Shown here: positions 1 to 9,182 of the stretch, piece after piece | How the letters are laid out: every line of letters starts with the position of its first letter | How positions within the stretch are numbered: position 1 is the stretch's first letter | DNA from: a virus | DNA: 64,000 nucleotides | IMG/VR virus record: IMGVR_UViG_3300037069_001724 | Location: 7,521-71,520 of that record | Reading direction: 5' to 3' (one strand) | Translations under genes and position numbers: made by a program | The notes under the pieces: model-generated | Told to the model about the DNA's origin: nothing | What the model saw: the letters and a program-made list of their open reading frames with translations, nothing else | Databases searched by the model: none

Positions 1-927
1 GTTGTCCACGATATTCGCCTCGAGAACCGGGTCGATGTCCCAGTTGATGCGGATCGGGAACCTGGACAGGAACGCCGCGTCCAGCTTGGTGGCGCCGCTG
101 TAGTTCGCGTCGGCGCCGAGACCCCAAGTGTTAGCGGTGCACACGATGATACAGTCCTTGTGCCGCTTGATCTGCTTGTCCGGGAACGTCGCGATCCCGT
201 TGGCCAGATGCGGGTTGACTGCGAGCAGCGCCACCGGGTCCGATCGATCAACCTCGTCGAACGTGTAGACGCCCCCGTTCTCGTACGCCTCGCGGAACGG
301 CGTGCGGTGATACTTGCCGGCGCCGTCGATGAAGCCGAGCATCTCGTGCGGGAACGAGATGGCTCCGTTGAAGTGCCACTTGAGACCGAGCGTCTCCGCC
401 AGCATGCGGGCGCCGGTGGTCTTGCCGCTGGAGGCCTCGCCCTGCAGGAATATGCCGGGGGTGTAGCCGTTCGGCAGCTTGACGCTGGCGGCGCGCATGA
501 GATGCTCGAACTGCGAGTGCGCGTGCCCCTTGATCTTGACGACCTTGCCGTCGGAGTTCTTGACGGTCAGCTCGACCTTGCGCGGCACGCGAGTCTCGAG
601 CGCCTTCAGCACGACGTTCGCCACGGCCTCGATGTCCACGGCCTTGTTCCCGATCTTCTCGAGAACCTGCTCAGTCACCTTGTCCACGTCCACGCTCTGG
701 ATCACGTTGGTCGTGAGTGCGACGCCGCCGGCCTTGTTGTGCCTGCGATTGGCGCGCAGGATCAGGCGTCCAGCGAATAGCTCCTGCTTCTCAGTCCAGA
801 TGCGACCGTTGTCGACCCAGCGAAGGAGGTCCTTCGCCTTCTCGTAGCTCGGCAGGATCAGGCCCTGCGTCTCCTTCTCCTTCAGTACGGGGAGAAGCTT
901 GCGTAGTTCTTCGACATTGTTTGCCAT
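1..927 (-). CDS. MoxR/CobS-like AAA+ ATPase (3' end runs off window)
   Basis: Manual minus-strand translation (not in ORF track): Walker A GEASSGKTT, Walker B YTFDEVDR, CTANTWG and LDAAFLSRF; ATG at 927 with CAGGAG RBS. Confidence 0.85.
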   Translation of the reverse strand, partial: MANNVEELRKLLPVLKEKETQGLILPSYEKAKDLLRWVDNGRIWTEKQELFAGRLILRANRRHNKAGGVALTTNVIQSVDVDKVTEQVLEKIGNKAVDIEAVANVVLKALETRVPRKVELTVKNSDGKVVKIKGHAHSQFEHLMRAASVKLPNGYTPGIFLQGEASSGKTTGARMLAETLGLKWHFNGAISFPHEMLGFIDGAGKYHRTPFREAYENGGVYTFDEVDRSDPVALLAVNPHLANGIATFPDKQIKRHKDCIIVCTANTWGLGADANYSGATKLDAAFLSRFPIRINWDIDPVLEANIVDN

Positions 928-1026
928 TGTACGGCTCCTGTCATGTGAAAACGAACTGCTGCGGCGCGCACGCCGCAGCATCACCGTTGATTTCATGATG
1001 TTGCCCTTACCTTAGTGTGACGCCCC

Positions 1027-1260
1027 TTACGACGCAGTGGCGCGAACTGGCAACACCTTGATGATCTTCTCGTTCAGCGCGTACCGCACGGTGGACTTGC
1101 GGGCGCCCGCCTTCAGCGCCGCTGCGACGGTGCGCTTCTGGTTAGCGGTGCGCATCACCGCTTCCCAACGCTTCGCGACCTCGGTGCCTGCTCGGAAGGG
1201 ATTCTCGATCTTCTTCACGAGCACGATCTTCGCGTTGTCCTGAATGAGCTTGACAGCCAT
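1027..1260 (-). CDS. small basic protein with NP-R-GT domain, possibly DNA-binding
   Basis: 77 aa, GGAGAG RBS; motif ENPFRAGT...TVAAALKAG shared with two other ORFs in the window. Confidence 0.65.
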   Translation of the reverse strand: MAVKLIQDNAKIVLVKKIENPFRAGTEVAKRWEAVMRTANQKRTVAAALKAGARKSTVRYALNEKIIKVLPVRATAS

Positions 1261-1351
1261 GATACTCTCCTACTGATGAACCGGCTTCTCGCCGGGAAGT
1301 GCGGATGCACTTCGCTGTGGAGCGACCGGAGCGGCTCCACGCCGAAGGGCG

Positions 1352-1597
1352 TCAGTACTTTCTTCCCATGTCGTGCAGCGTGTCGCGCTGCCCCTGCTCA
1401 TACATGTCGTGGCGGCGCCCCGGAGGGTACGGGTTTGTCTGCCAGTGTTTCGGCACGAACGAGGCGACGGACGCTGAGCCCATGCTCCACGCCTCCTCCA
1501 CTCTCGAGCCGGAGGTCGACATTCTGTGGAACCGCTTGAAGCGGCGCCCAGAAGTGTTGCGGTCGTACATGAGTTCGCGGTGCGTCTGCTTGGTCAT
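1352..1597 (-). CDS. hypothetical protein
   Basis: 81 aa ORF with GGGAGAG RBS, co-oriented with neighbours. Confidence 0.55.
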   Translation of the reverse strand: MTKQTHRELMYDRNTSGRRFKRFHRMSTSGSRVEEAWSMGSASVASFVPKHWQTNPYPPGRRHDMYEQGQRDTLHDMGRKY

Positions 1598-1609
1598 TGT
1601 GTCTCTCCC

Positions 1610-1783
1610 TTACCAGTGCGCCTTGTGCATTGCACGATCCTCAACGGCGATGAGACCGTTGGACAGTTCGCACGCCAGCTCGAACTCTTCGAGGTTGGAC
1701 ATGCCGAGGCGGCGAAGGCCGTCGACTAGCTTGTTGGCCAAGAGGCGGAGGTCGTTCATTTCTTCGGATGTGATCTCGATCAT
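1610..1783 (-). CDS. hypothetical protein (57 aa, MIEITSEEMNDLRLL...)
   Basis: Manual translation; GGAGAG RBS; fills gap between neighbours. Confidence 0.55.
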   Translation of the reverse strand: MIEITSEEMNDLRLLANKLVDGLRRLGMSNLEEFELACELSNGLIAVEDRAMHKAHW

Positions 1784-2126
1784 TGTATCTCTCCATTGTT
1801 CGGATTTCGGTTAGTCGGCTAACCGACAATGCGGCGGCACCGCATGGGCGCCGCCGCATAAACTGTTAGCTGCAATTGTGTTGGGACTCTTACCTCCCGC
1901 CGCTGAAACCACCCAATTACTCTGCCTGAGCCCTCGCCCCCGTTTCTCGCCCTTCTCGTTTCGCTGAGGGCGCGGCGGACTGGCGGGCGGGCTTGCTGCG
2001 GGGCGCCTACTGCGGGCACGGTGGCCATTGGGCGCTGCTGCGAAGCCGGTGCTGGTAAAAGGTACTAGCCGGTTAGTAGCGGGCGGGGCCGGGTGTAACC
2101 TGCACTTGCGACCTGCTACTGGTAGC

Positions 2127-2156
2127 AATATAGCCTCAAATCACCTGACCTGACAA
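2127..2156 (-). promoter_or_regulatory. sigma70-like promoter driving early genes leftward
   Basis: Minus strand TTGTCA-N18-TATATT, immediately followed by palindrome TGCTAC-CA-GTAGCA. Confidence 0.55.
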
Positions 2157-2175
2157 TAGCGAAATCCCCGTCGTT

Positions 2176-4332
2176 TTATCGCTTTTTGGACCCGCTACGG
2201 GTAGCCGGGGCCGGTTTACCCTTTATATGGGCCGGCGCCGGGCGGCCAGATTGCTTTAGGGTTAAAGCGATATTTGGCGCCGCCAGCGCCGCCGCCTCGG
2301 CGTGGGAGTGCTTCGCGTTTCCCCAATTCGTGCCCCACTCTGCGTCGACGAGAAACGGAACGCCGCACTGATAGACCGTTCGCATGATCTCGACGACGCG
2401 CGCTCCCTTATCGGGGTCCGTCATCGAGAACGAGAGCTCGTCGTGCATCTGGAGCATGGGAACGAGTCCCTCCTCCCAGCACTGCGCCATGGCCATCTTC
2501 ATCTGCCGCGCGGCGCTGCCCTGGATCCTGCGGTTCATGGCCTTGTGCGTGTGACTGCGCTTGATGCGCTTGTTGAACCACGGATGGTTCTCATCCGCCG
2601 CCCGCGCCTCCGCGTCAGCACGATGCGTCGGACCCATGGGCCGATGCTCGGACATACCGCGCTGCCACTCGCCCTTGTCCAGCCACGCCGCCTCCCACAT
2701 GTCGAAGTGTGCGCGGGCACCGTCGATCATGCGAATGTAGCCTCGCTCCTGCGCCGCCTTCTCGCAGCGCTGACCGAACTCCCGCACGAACGGCAGCTTG
2801 GTGTCGTACTGCTTCATGATGGACTCTGCCTCCTCGAACTCCGCGCCTATCATGGTGGCGAACTTGCGCACGCCGGCCCCGAACGCCTTGGCGAAGTTGC
2901 AGTCCTTGGCCCTTCGACGTGTCAGCCCGGTCATCTGGACCACGAGGTTGTGAAAGTCGGTCTTAGGGTCGTTGCGATACATGTCCGCTGCCTCGACGGC
3001 GCGGGCGCATCCCGCCTCCTCGGCGTCGTTCACTATGTGTCGATACTCCTGCTGCGAGTAGTCCGGGCTGAACCAGAGCGTTCCCTCCTCCGGCTCGAAC
3101 ATGCTGCGGTACGCGGTCGCGATCTCACCTGTCAGTTTCCAGCTCTCGATGGGATCCGGCCGACTCGGGGCCTGCTGAAGCGGCGGATCGGCGTACGACA
3201 GGCGCTGACTTCGCGTGCCACCCTCCTCCGTGCGAAACTGGTTGATGGACGCGTGCACTCTGCCGCGATGCGTGAAATCCATGATGTACGCCTTCACGAA
3301 CTTCTCGGCCGCCTCGTGACACTGCTTCGCCTCCGCTATCATCAGCGGGAGCCAGTGCTCGGCCGCGCGCATCCAGTCCGCCTCGAAGCTGGCCTTGGCG
3401 CTGCCCTCCTCGCCCTTCATGTTGTACGGCACCTTCTCAATGTCGAACACACTGATCAGCCACCGGCTCGACCGTATCTCTTCCATTCCGACAGGCATCT
3501 TGAGGCGGCTGGTGAGCTCGGCCAGCGCCGCGTCCCTGCGCGCGTGCAGCCACTTTCGCAGCTTCGCGGCCTGATCCACGTTGACCCTGATGCCGGTGCG
3601 CCGCATCTGGTGGATCAGCGGAACCAGACGCATCTCGGTTCGGTACGCCTCCGTCAGCCTCTGCTCCTCCATCTCCGGGCGCAGACTGTCCATCAGCAGC
3701 AGCGTGCTGACAGGGTCCTGCTGACCGTAGATGCCGGCGTACCGCGCCGGTAGTCGCGCGATGTTGGCCACCGCGTCGTTCGCCGAGAAGCCGTAGACAT
3801 TCGCCGCCTCGATCAGTGCAGCCTTGTCCTTCCCCTCCACCCCCCGCCATCGGCACGTCGCGTCGAGGCTGTTGTCCAGCCGGTTCTCGTCCACCATGAA
3901 CGCGGCGCACGACGCGTCGTCGATCTTGGGCGGGGGGAGGACACCGAGGTCGGTCTGGAGCCAGCCGATGTCGTAGCCGGCGTTGAAGAACACGACGCTG
4001 CACGTCGCGAACAGATCGCGGAGCCACTCGGCCACGCGATCCTTGTCGAAGTTCTCCGTCTCGGGATGCCTGATCGGCACGTACATGCGCCCGATGTCCG
4101 CGCCCTGACGCCACGCCACGCCGACGCCGGCCACGTAGCCGGAGCCGAAGGCCCATCCGGGGCCGACACCCCTCAGCAGACCGAGGTCCCTAGTCTCCGT
4201 GTCCACCGCTATCTCGCCCGCGCGCCGCAGATCCGGCAGCTCGGTCGGCGGCGTCCAGTCGCTGTCCGGTGTTATCAGCGGGATCTGATCCGGGTTCAGC
4301 CTCGTGGCGCGCGGGCGGATTATCCTTGGCAT
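2176..4332 (-). CDS. polA: family A DNA polymerase with 3'-5' exonuclease domain
   Basis: Exo I AVDTET, Exo II FNAGYD, Exo III YGQQD; motif A DYSQQEYR, motif B RRRAKDCNF, motif C MHDEL. Confidence 0.95.
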   Translation of the reverse strand: MPRIIRPRATRLNPDQIPLITPDSDWTPPTELPDLRRAGEIAVDTETRDLGLLRGVGPGWAFGSGYVAGVGVAWRQGADIGRMYVPIRHPETENFDKDRVAEWLRDLFATCSVVFFNAGYDIGWLQTDLGVLPPPKIDDASCAAFMVDENRLDNSLDATCRWRGVEGKDKAALIEAANVYGFSANDAVANIARLPARYAGIYGQQDPVSTLLLMDSLRPEMEEQRLTEAYRTEMRLVPLIHQMRRTGIRVNVDQAAKLRKWLHARRDAALAELTSRLKMPVGMEEIRSSRWLISVFDIEKVPYNMKGEEGSAKASFEADWMRAAEHWLPLMIAEAKQCHEAAEKFVKAYIMDFTHRGRVHASINQFRTEEGGTRSQRLSYADPPLQQAPSRPDPIESWKLTGEIATAYRSMFEPEEGTLWFSPDYSQQEYRHIVNDAEEAGCARAVEAADMYRNDPKTDFHNLVVQMTGLTRRRAKDCNFAKAFGAGVRKFATMIGAEFEEAESIMKQYDTKLPFVREFGQRCEKAAQERGYIRMIDGARAHFDMWEAAWLDKGEWQRGMSEHRPMGPTHRADAEARAADENHPWFNKRIKRSHTHKAMNRRIQGSAARQMKMAMAQCWEEGLVPMLQMHDELSFSMTDPDKGARVVEIMRTVYQCGVPFLVDAEWGTNWGNAKHSHAEAAALAAPNIALTLKQSGRPAPAHIKGKPAPATRSGSKKR

Positions 4333-5130
4333 CTACTCCATCCCCGTCCACGCGACGAAGTCGTCTCCTATGACATACTTGCCGCTGCTCTCGATCCAGC
4401 GATACATCTCGCGTGCCCACGGCGGCTGCTCGTCGTGCTCCTTGGCGTTCATCTCGCGCTTGAGGCAGACGTAGTTCTCGCGTAGCTCGCTCGGCACCGC
4501 GCCCATCTTGATGACATAGAATGCGCCGCTCTCGCGATACTTGCCGACGAGACATCGGGGTATCTCCACGGTCTTAGGAACAACGGTGTCCAGCACGAAC
4601 GTGTTGGACTGTCCCAGGCGATGCCAGTACATGTTCCACTGCTCCACGGTCACGTTGCCCGCCAGCCACTCGCGGTCGGCGAGATACGGGTGATGACTCT
4701 CGTGGTGTCCACCGTCCTCCGGCGTGCCGGGTCGGTAGTCGTGCACCTTACCGTCGATCCTCACGTGATCGAAGTGCGGCCCTATGGTCCTGACGCCGTC
4801 GGCCTTCTGTCGGGCTACTCTCTCGACAATCTCCTGCGACATCATCTCGGCCTCGACCAGCAGCAGATACCGACGAAGATCCCTGACCTCCGCCAGCATG
4901 GTTCCGTCGGCACCGTCAGGGGCCGCCGCTATGTGCGCGAAGATGTCGTACTGCGCACTGCCGCCGGCGATCATGCTCTCCATGCGGTCCCACTTGCGCG
5001 CCAGCATCATGAAGGCACCGACACCGCCGCGCTTCTTCCAGCTACCCTGATACGTTTTCTCTCTCATCTCGACGAACGCTATGTCCTCCTCGCTCACTAT
5101 CCCGAGATATTTCATGTGGTCCATGTTCAT
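4333..5130 (-). CDS. nucleotide-modification-associated all-alpha (Nmad1/DUF1599/MazG-like) putative dNTP pyrophosphohydrolase with C-terminal extension
   Basis: N-terminal REKTYQGSWKKRGGVGAFMMLARKWDR...DLRRYLLLVEAE pattern; context next to HD and TS-like genes. Confidence 0.6.
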   Translation of the reverse strand: MNMDHMKYLGIVSEEDIAFVEMREKTYQGSWKKRGGVGAFMMLARKWDRMESMIAGGSAQYDIFAHIAAAPDGADGTMLAEVRDLRRYLLLVEAEMMSQEIVERVARQKADGVRTIGPHFDHVRIDGKVHDYRPGTPEDGGHHESHHPYLADREWLAGNVTVEQWNMYWHRLGQSNTFVLDTVVPKTVEIPRCLVGKYRESGAFYVIKMGAVPSELRENYVCLKREMNAKEHDEQPPWAREMYRWIESSGKYVIGDDFVAWTGME

Positions 5131-5653
5131 CGTAACCCTCCTGTTGCTGTCGCCTGTCGCAGTACCGCTTGACAGCGGCCTGAGTGGTGTCGTCCATGGT
5201 GTCGCAGATGGCGCCCGCCGCCTGTATCATGCGCAGCGCAACGAGCTGACCGTACTTGTTGCCTAGCGCGAGCTCGTGAAGTCCCCACTCCCACATCTCG
5301 ATGTACTCGCACATCTTGAAGAAGCGGTGGTCGGCATAGTCGAGCGTGATGCGCCGAGGAACGCCCCACTGTTCGGTCATCTTGGCGTGTATCTGGCTCT
5401 CGAGGATCTCCATCCGGTCCTTGAGCACCTGATCGTTCTTCTTGCCGGGATACGGGATGTCGCCACCCATCTCGCCGACGTCGTGCGTCACGGCGTGCAC
5501 CAGCAGCCGACGGCTCACGTCCGGCCGCACCGCGAGCATGATGCGCATGATTTGAGCCGAATGTTCACCGACTGATTGATCTCGAGTGCGAGGCCAAGTA
5601 TGAAACCTAGTTATTTGCAGGGCAACTCGAGGATCATGTGTAGGATCTATCAC
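5042..5653 (-). CDS. HD-domain 5'-deoxynucleotidase (YfbR-like)
   Basis: RFHT..QSVGEHS...HDVGE..GDIPYP motifs; GTG start overlaps upstream stop (GTGA); ORF-track N-terminal extension discarded. Confidence 0.85.
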   Translation of the reverse strand: MIDPTHDPRVALQITRFHTWPRTRDQSVGEHSAQIMRIMLAVRPDVSRRLLVHAVTHDVGEMGGDIPYPGKKNDQVLKDRMEILESQIHAKMTEQWGVPRRITLDYADHRFFKMCEYIEMWEWGLHELALGNKYGQLVALRMIQAAGAICDTMDDTTQAAVKRYCDRRQQQEGYDEHGPHEISRDSERGGHSVRRDERENVSG

Positions 5654-6711
5654 CTGCGATGCCTCCCTATCCAGCCCATTGCCGCGCGGCGCCAGTCGTC
5701 GGCCTCGACCTGCCGCACGCGGGTCACGGCCATGTCCCACCAACCCGCGCGCCGCGCCTTGTTGGCCATGCACATGGGCGCCGCCACGCGGTCGAACCAT
5801 CTGTTGTTATACGTCGGCGTGGTCATGTCACTAAGTCCAGCGGCGTGCCACCGCATGAAGTTCGACAGGTCCTCGTCCCAGTGATAGAAGCTGTCTCCGA
5901 TCGGCAGCGGAACTACGAGCTCGTCGCGATACGGGTCATCCATCATTGGAGGGATCTCATCGACCAGTGGCAGAAACACGTCGTCGTAGGCGTGATAGTT
6001 GTTCGAGAGCTGGTACATCTTGCCCACGCCGACCCCGATGCGACCGGCGAGATACTCCTGTAGAAAGCTGAAGTGCACGGCGTTGGCGCCGTAGGCTCCC
6101 CACACGATGTCGTTGCTGCGACACATGACCGTCAGGTCCAGGACGTACTTGCGCGTTGGATGCTCGGAGTCCACGTGACCGATGTCGCGGTCGTAGTCCT
6201 CGCGAACGCGCAGATAGACGTGCGTGTTGCAGGGGCGATCCCTCCAGTCGCCGGTGAGATCTTGCTCTCCAACTCTGCCAGACAACTGATGCCGCGCGTC
6301 CCACATTTGGATCACTGCTTGTCTATCGTCGCGATTACTGCGCAGCCTCGTCACGACCTCGTCCAGTTGATCAATGCCGAGGGCGCTGCGCCAGCGGTGC
6401 CCGTAGGCACCGTGGATCACGCCGTCGTCGGCGTATCGCTTGCTGAACGTGGCCACGTAGGCGTCCAGCATCTTGGCGTCGTTCTGCCCGCTCAGCATCC
6501 AGAGACACTCGAACAGGTGAAAGAACGGATTGGCATCACGCGCTGGATCGAACAGAACACGCTGCGTTGAACTGTCGTAGATCGACATGACAGGGCAGTC
6601 CATCACGGTCACTGGTCCGTTGCGGCTGTCGCTCTTGCGCCCGTACTTCCTGAGCATCAGCATGCCGTTATGATACAGATCGTTGACGTTGGTTCCCAGT
6701 AGTGTGATCAA
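5650..6711 (-). CDS. thymidylate synthase homolog, probable dUMP hydroxymethylase (M6/YuA type)
   Basis: DANPFFHLFE, GAYGHRWR, catalytic PCN, RSNDIVWGAYGAN (Asn = uracil specificity), NNYHAY; TTG start overlapping upstream TGA. Confidence 0.85.
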   Translation of the reverse strand: MITLLGTNVNDLYHNGMLMLRKYGRKSDSRNGPVTVMDCPVMSIYDSSTQRVLFDPARDANPFFHLFECLWMLSGQNDAKMLDAYVATFSKRYADDGVIHGAYGHRWRSALGIDQLDEVVTRLRSNRDDRQAVIQMWDARHQLSGRVGEQDLTGDWRDRPCNTHVYLRVREDYDRDIGHVDSEHPTRKYVLDLTVMCRSNDIVWGAYGANAVHFSFLQEYLAGRIGVGVGKMYQLSNNYHAYDDVFLPLVDEIPPMMDDPYRDELVVPLPIGDSFYHWDEDLSNFMRWHAAGLSDMTTPTYNNRWFDRVAAPMCMANKARRAGWWDMAVTRVRQVEADDWRRAAMGWIGRHRR

Positions 6712-7136
6712 TGCTTCCTCCTGCGCAGTAAGTCGTTGACTCCCTCGGCCATCCGACCAAAGAACTCCCTCGAGTCCTTCTGTTTCTCCGGCGTCAGGTC
6801 GTTGTACATCTGATACTTGACGCGAAGACCGTCGAGTAGTCTCTTCTCGATGCCGGCGATGTGACGCTCCGACTCCCAGAGCGCCTCCTGGCTGCCTAGC
6901 TCGATGGCCGGCGCCTCCTCGCTCATGAAGATTGTCATGCACGACAGGATCAGTTCGTGCATCACCAGCTTCGACGCGCTCAGGCACAGCGACTGCTCCA
7001 TGCACAGTTTGAACATGATGTTCGATGTGGTGGCAGCCACGCCTATGACACGCGACAGCGCGTGGTTTCTCGTGTTCTCGTCCTCGAAGCATCCGCATCC
7101 TGGCTCCGGGATCACGTCGATATCAAACTTTGTCAT
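6708..7136 (-). CDS. hypothetical protein
   Basis: 142 aa, translationally coupled on both sides, GGAGG RBS. Confidence 0.6.
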   Translation of the reverse strand: MTKFDIDVIPEPGCGCFEDENTRNHALSRVIGVAATTSNIMFKLCMEQSLCLSASKLVMHELILSCMTIFMSEEAPAIELGSQEALWESERHIAGIEKRLLDGLRVKYQMYNDLTPEKQKDSREFFGRMAEGVNDLLRRRKH

Positions 7137-7594
7137 CAGCCAACCTCCTCCTTGTGATAAGCCGCGTAGAGCTCCTCGAGAAGCAGGCCCACGGCCTTCC
7201 TGTTCTCAGAACCATTATACCATCTATTGCGGCCACTCGGATGAGGTACTTGTCGCCACGTACTCCCACCGATGTCCTGCGGATGGAGCAGCAGCGGGGG
7301 GTGGCAGAAGGCGCGGCGCACCTCCTCGCCGAGCAGAACTATTGTGCGGCGCGATCCCCAGAACTCTGCGTAGAACAGGTCGGCGGACTTGCGCGCCGTG
7401 TCCCGGTCCCAGTCCCCTACGACGAGGTTGCGTCGCTCGAACGTATCGAGGTAGTTCTGTCGTCGCAGGTCCGGGCGCCGCTCGCGCAGCATCTCGAAGA
7501 TGCGGTGCCCGGTGCAGCCCGGCGGATACGGGAACAGCGCGTGCTCCGGTCGAACCGACAGAGGGTTCTGCATTCCGATGAGAACTGGTTTCAT
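7136..7594 (-). CDS. uracil-DNA-glycosylase-fold protein
   Basis: VLIGMQNP, TGHRI, FERRNL, IVLLGEEVRRAF and PHPSGRNRWYN motifs; ATGA overlap start. Confidence 0.7.
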   Translation of the reverse strand: MKPVLIGMQNPLSVRPEHALFPYPPGCTGHRIFEMLRERRPDLRRQNYLDTFERRNLVVGDWDRDTARKSADLFYAEFWGSRRTIVLLGEEVRRAFCHPPLLLHPQDIGGSTWRQVPHPSGRNRWYNGSENRKAVGLLLEELYAAYHKEEVG

Positions 7595-8151
7595 AGCTTC
7601 AGCCACCACTTGATCGCGTTGAAGCACGCCTCGCGGTCGCCCGCGAACACGTTCGGCACTCGCAGCGCGCGGAACGTCTTCACGTTGCTGTCCACCTTCC
7701 GCATCGTCTTCTCGATGCTGGCGGCGGCTATCTTGTGGCCGCGCGCCCGCACGCCCTCGACGCACTGCTCCAGCGGCGTGGTAAGGTGCACGATGCGCGC
7801 GTCGTGACCCTCCCGCACGAGCTGCATGAAGTTTGTGGTGCCGTCGCCCATGTTCATCCCCTCGTACAGCACGTCCATGGCGCCGGTGGTGATGGACGTG
7901 GACGCCACCGTGCGAATGGTGTTGTAGACGTCGTTCAGGTCGCCGATGGTGTCGATGCCGCCGTTCGCAATCTGGTAGTGACCGAGAACCACCAGAATGG
8001 CGCCCGTCGGCGGGTCCCGCGTGAACACGCTCATGATGGGCTTCTTGCGCTTCGGCGCCATCACGTCCTGCTGACCGGGATACATGGCCATGATGCGCCG
8101 GGCGAGATGCGACTTACCGCTGCCGCTAGTCCCTCGGATGCTGATGATCAT
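7591..8151 (-). CDS. P-loop kinase of the type associated with 5-hmdU DNA kinase / thymidine hypermodification
   Basis: IISIRGTSGSGKS Walker A, VLGHY..GGIDTI, VLYEG, LTTPLEQCVEGVRAR. Confidence 0.8.
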   Translation of the reverse strand: MIISIRGTSGSGKSHLARRIMAMYPGQQDVMAPKRKKPIMSVFTRDPPTGAILVVLGHYQIANGGIDTIGDLNDVYNTIRTVASTSITTGAMDVLYEGMNMGDGTTNFMQLVREGHDARIVHLTTPLEQCVEGVRARGHKIAAASIEKTMRKVDSNVKTFRALRVPNVFAGDREACFNAIKWWLKL

Positions 8152-9182
8152 CACCGCTCCTCCCACGGTCTGAGAACCGGCTTCGTCTGCGGCGACAGCG
8201 CGTTGACGCGCGCGATCTCCTCGCGTGTCTGCGCGTCCGGCCTGCGCAGCGTTCCGCTACCGTCGTAGTTCGGCAGAATGCCGACCCTGAAGCTACGATG
8301 ATCGCAGCCCTTGCACGGCCTGAGCATGTCGCGTCGACCGGCATACAGTGCCTCGCGCGCCGCCCCGAACGCCGGACCATTCCAGATGGCCTCGATGCCG
8401 TCGGTCAGTATGTTGCCGCAGTGATACTCACCTCGCCAGTCGTTGCAGCACACGGCCACCGATCCGTCCCAGTGAATGGCGAGCTGACGGAACGGAAGTG
8501 CACAACGCTTGCCCTGCATCCTGTCGTTCGGGGGCGCCCCCGCTCCGGCGTGGTTCGACAGTCGATTGTGATTGCCCTTCTTGTCAGTCTTCTCGGTCCA
8601 CGCTATGTCCTTGATGCGAACGAGCATTCTGGTCCCCGGCTTGTATCGAGCGTGTGGATTGCCGCGCGAGTCGTACGGATACTCGTAGAAGTTGAACTGC
8701 TGACCACCGTGTGCGCTGTACTTCTCGCCAGAAACGAATTGAAGATTACCCTGCATCGCGGTCAGAACCTTCGGAACATACTCGATGTTCTGGTAGTGAT
8801 CGAGGCCGAGGATCGTCAGCCCGGCGTCGAACAGCGCGTTGACATTGGCCACCGCACCCGGCTTTCGCAGCAGTCCACCGGCGTTCGTCAGCATCAGCTT
8901 GGTCGAGCGCGGTCTGTGCTCGTGCGTGATCGCCACCATGCCGGCGTAGTTCGGATGCTGCGTCGGGTCGCCGCGCATGGCGAAGCCGATGCGCGAGTTC
9001 CAGCCCAGCTCGGCCACCTGCTCCATCGCGCTGCGCATCGTGGCCTCGGCCATGAACTTGTAGCCGTGGCCCTGCTTCTCCTGAATGCCAGCGATCCCGC
9101 AGAACGAGCATCGGAGATTACATCCCATGCTCAGCTCGAACGAGAGACTGTTCGGCGGCTCCTGCCTTCTGTACTTTCGCAT
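8151..9182 (-). CDS. radical SAM enzyme with C-terminal SPASM/twitch domain
   Basis: CNLRCSFC (CxxxCxxC), MRGDP, LTNAG; C-terminal CALPF...DGSVAVCCND...GNI...PCKGC; start MRKYRR at TGATG overlap. Confidence 0.9.
   Translation of the reverse strand: MRKYRRQEPPNSLSFELSMGCNLRCSFCGIAGIQEKQGHGYKFMAEATMRSAMEQVAELGWNSRIGFAMRGDPTQHPNYAGMVAITHEHRPRSTKLMLTNAGGLLRKPGAVANVNALFDAGLTILGLDHYQNIEYVPKVLTAMQGNLQFVSGEKYSAHGGQQFNFYEYPYDSRGNPHARYKPGTRMLVRIKDIAWTEKTDKKGNHNRLSNHAGAGAPPNDRMQGKRCALPFRQLAIHWDGSVAVCCNDWRGEYHCGNILTDGIEAIWNGPAFGAAREALYAGRRDMLRPCKGCDHRSFRVGILPNYDGSGTLRRPDAQTREEIARVNALSPQTKPVLRPWEER

Noticed and set aside
1807-2113. Possible tRNA or tmRNA in the early leader
   Set aside because: No cloverleaf, T-loop (GTTCRA) or CCA end found by eye
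2870-2920. PolA motif B has Phe at the usual Tyr (NFAKAFG)
   Set aside because: Conservative change; no basis to link it to modified-nucleotide selection
5650-6711. Canonical ThyA or dCMP hydroxymethylase call
   Set aside because: PCN / RSND..WGAYGAN signature and gene context fit dUMP hydroxymethylase; Asn rather than Asp argues against a cytosine substrate, although ThyA activity is not formally excluded
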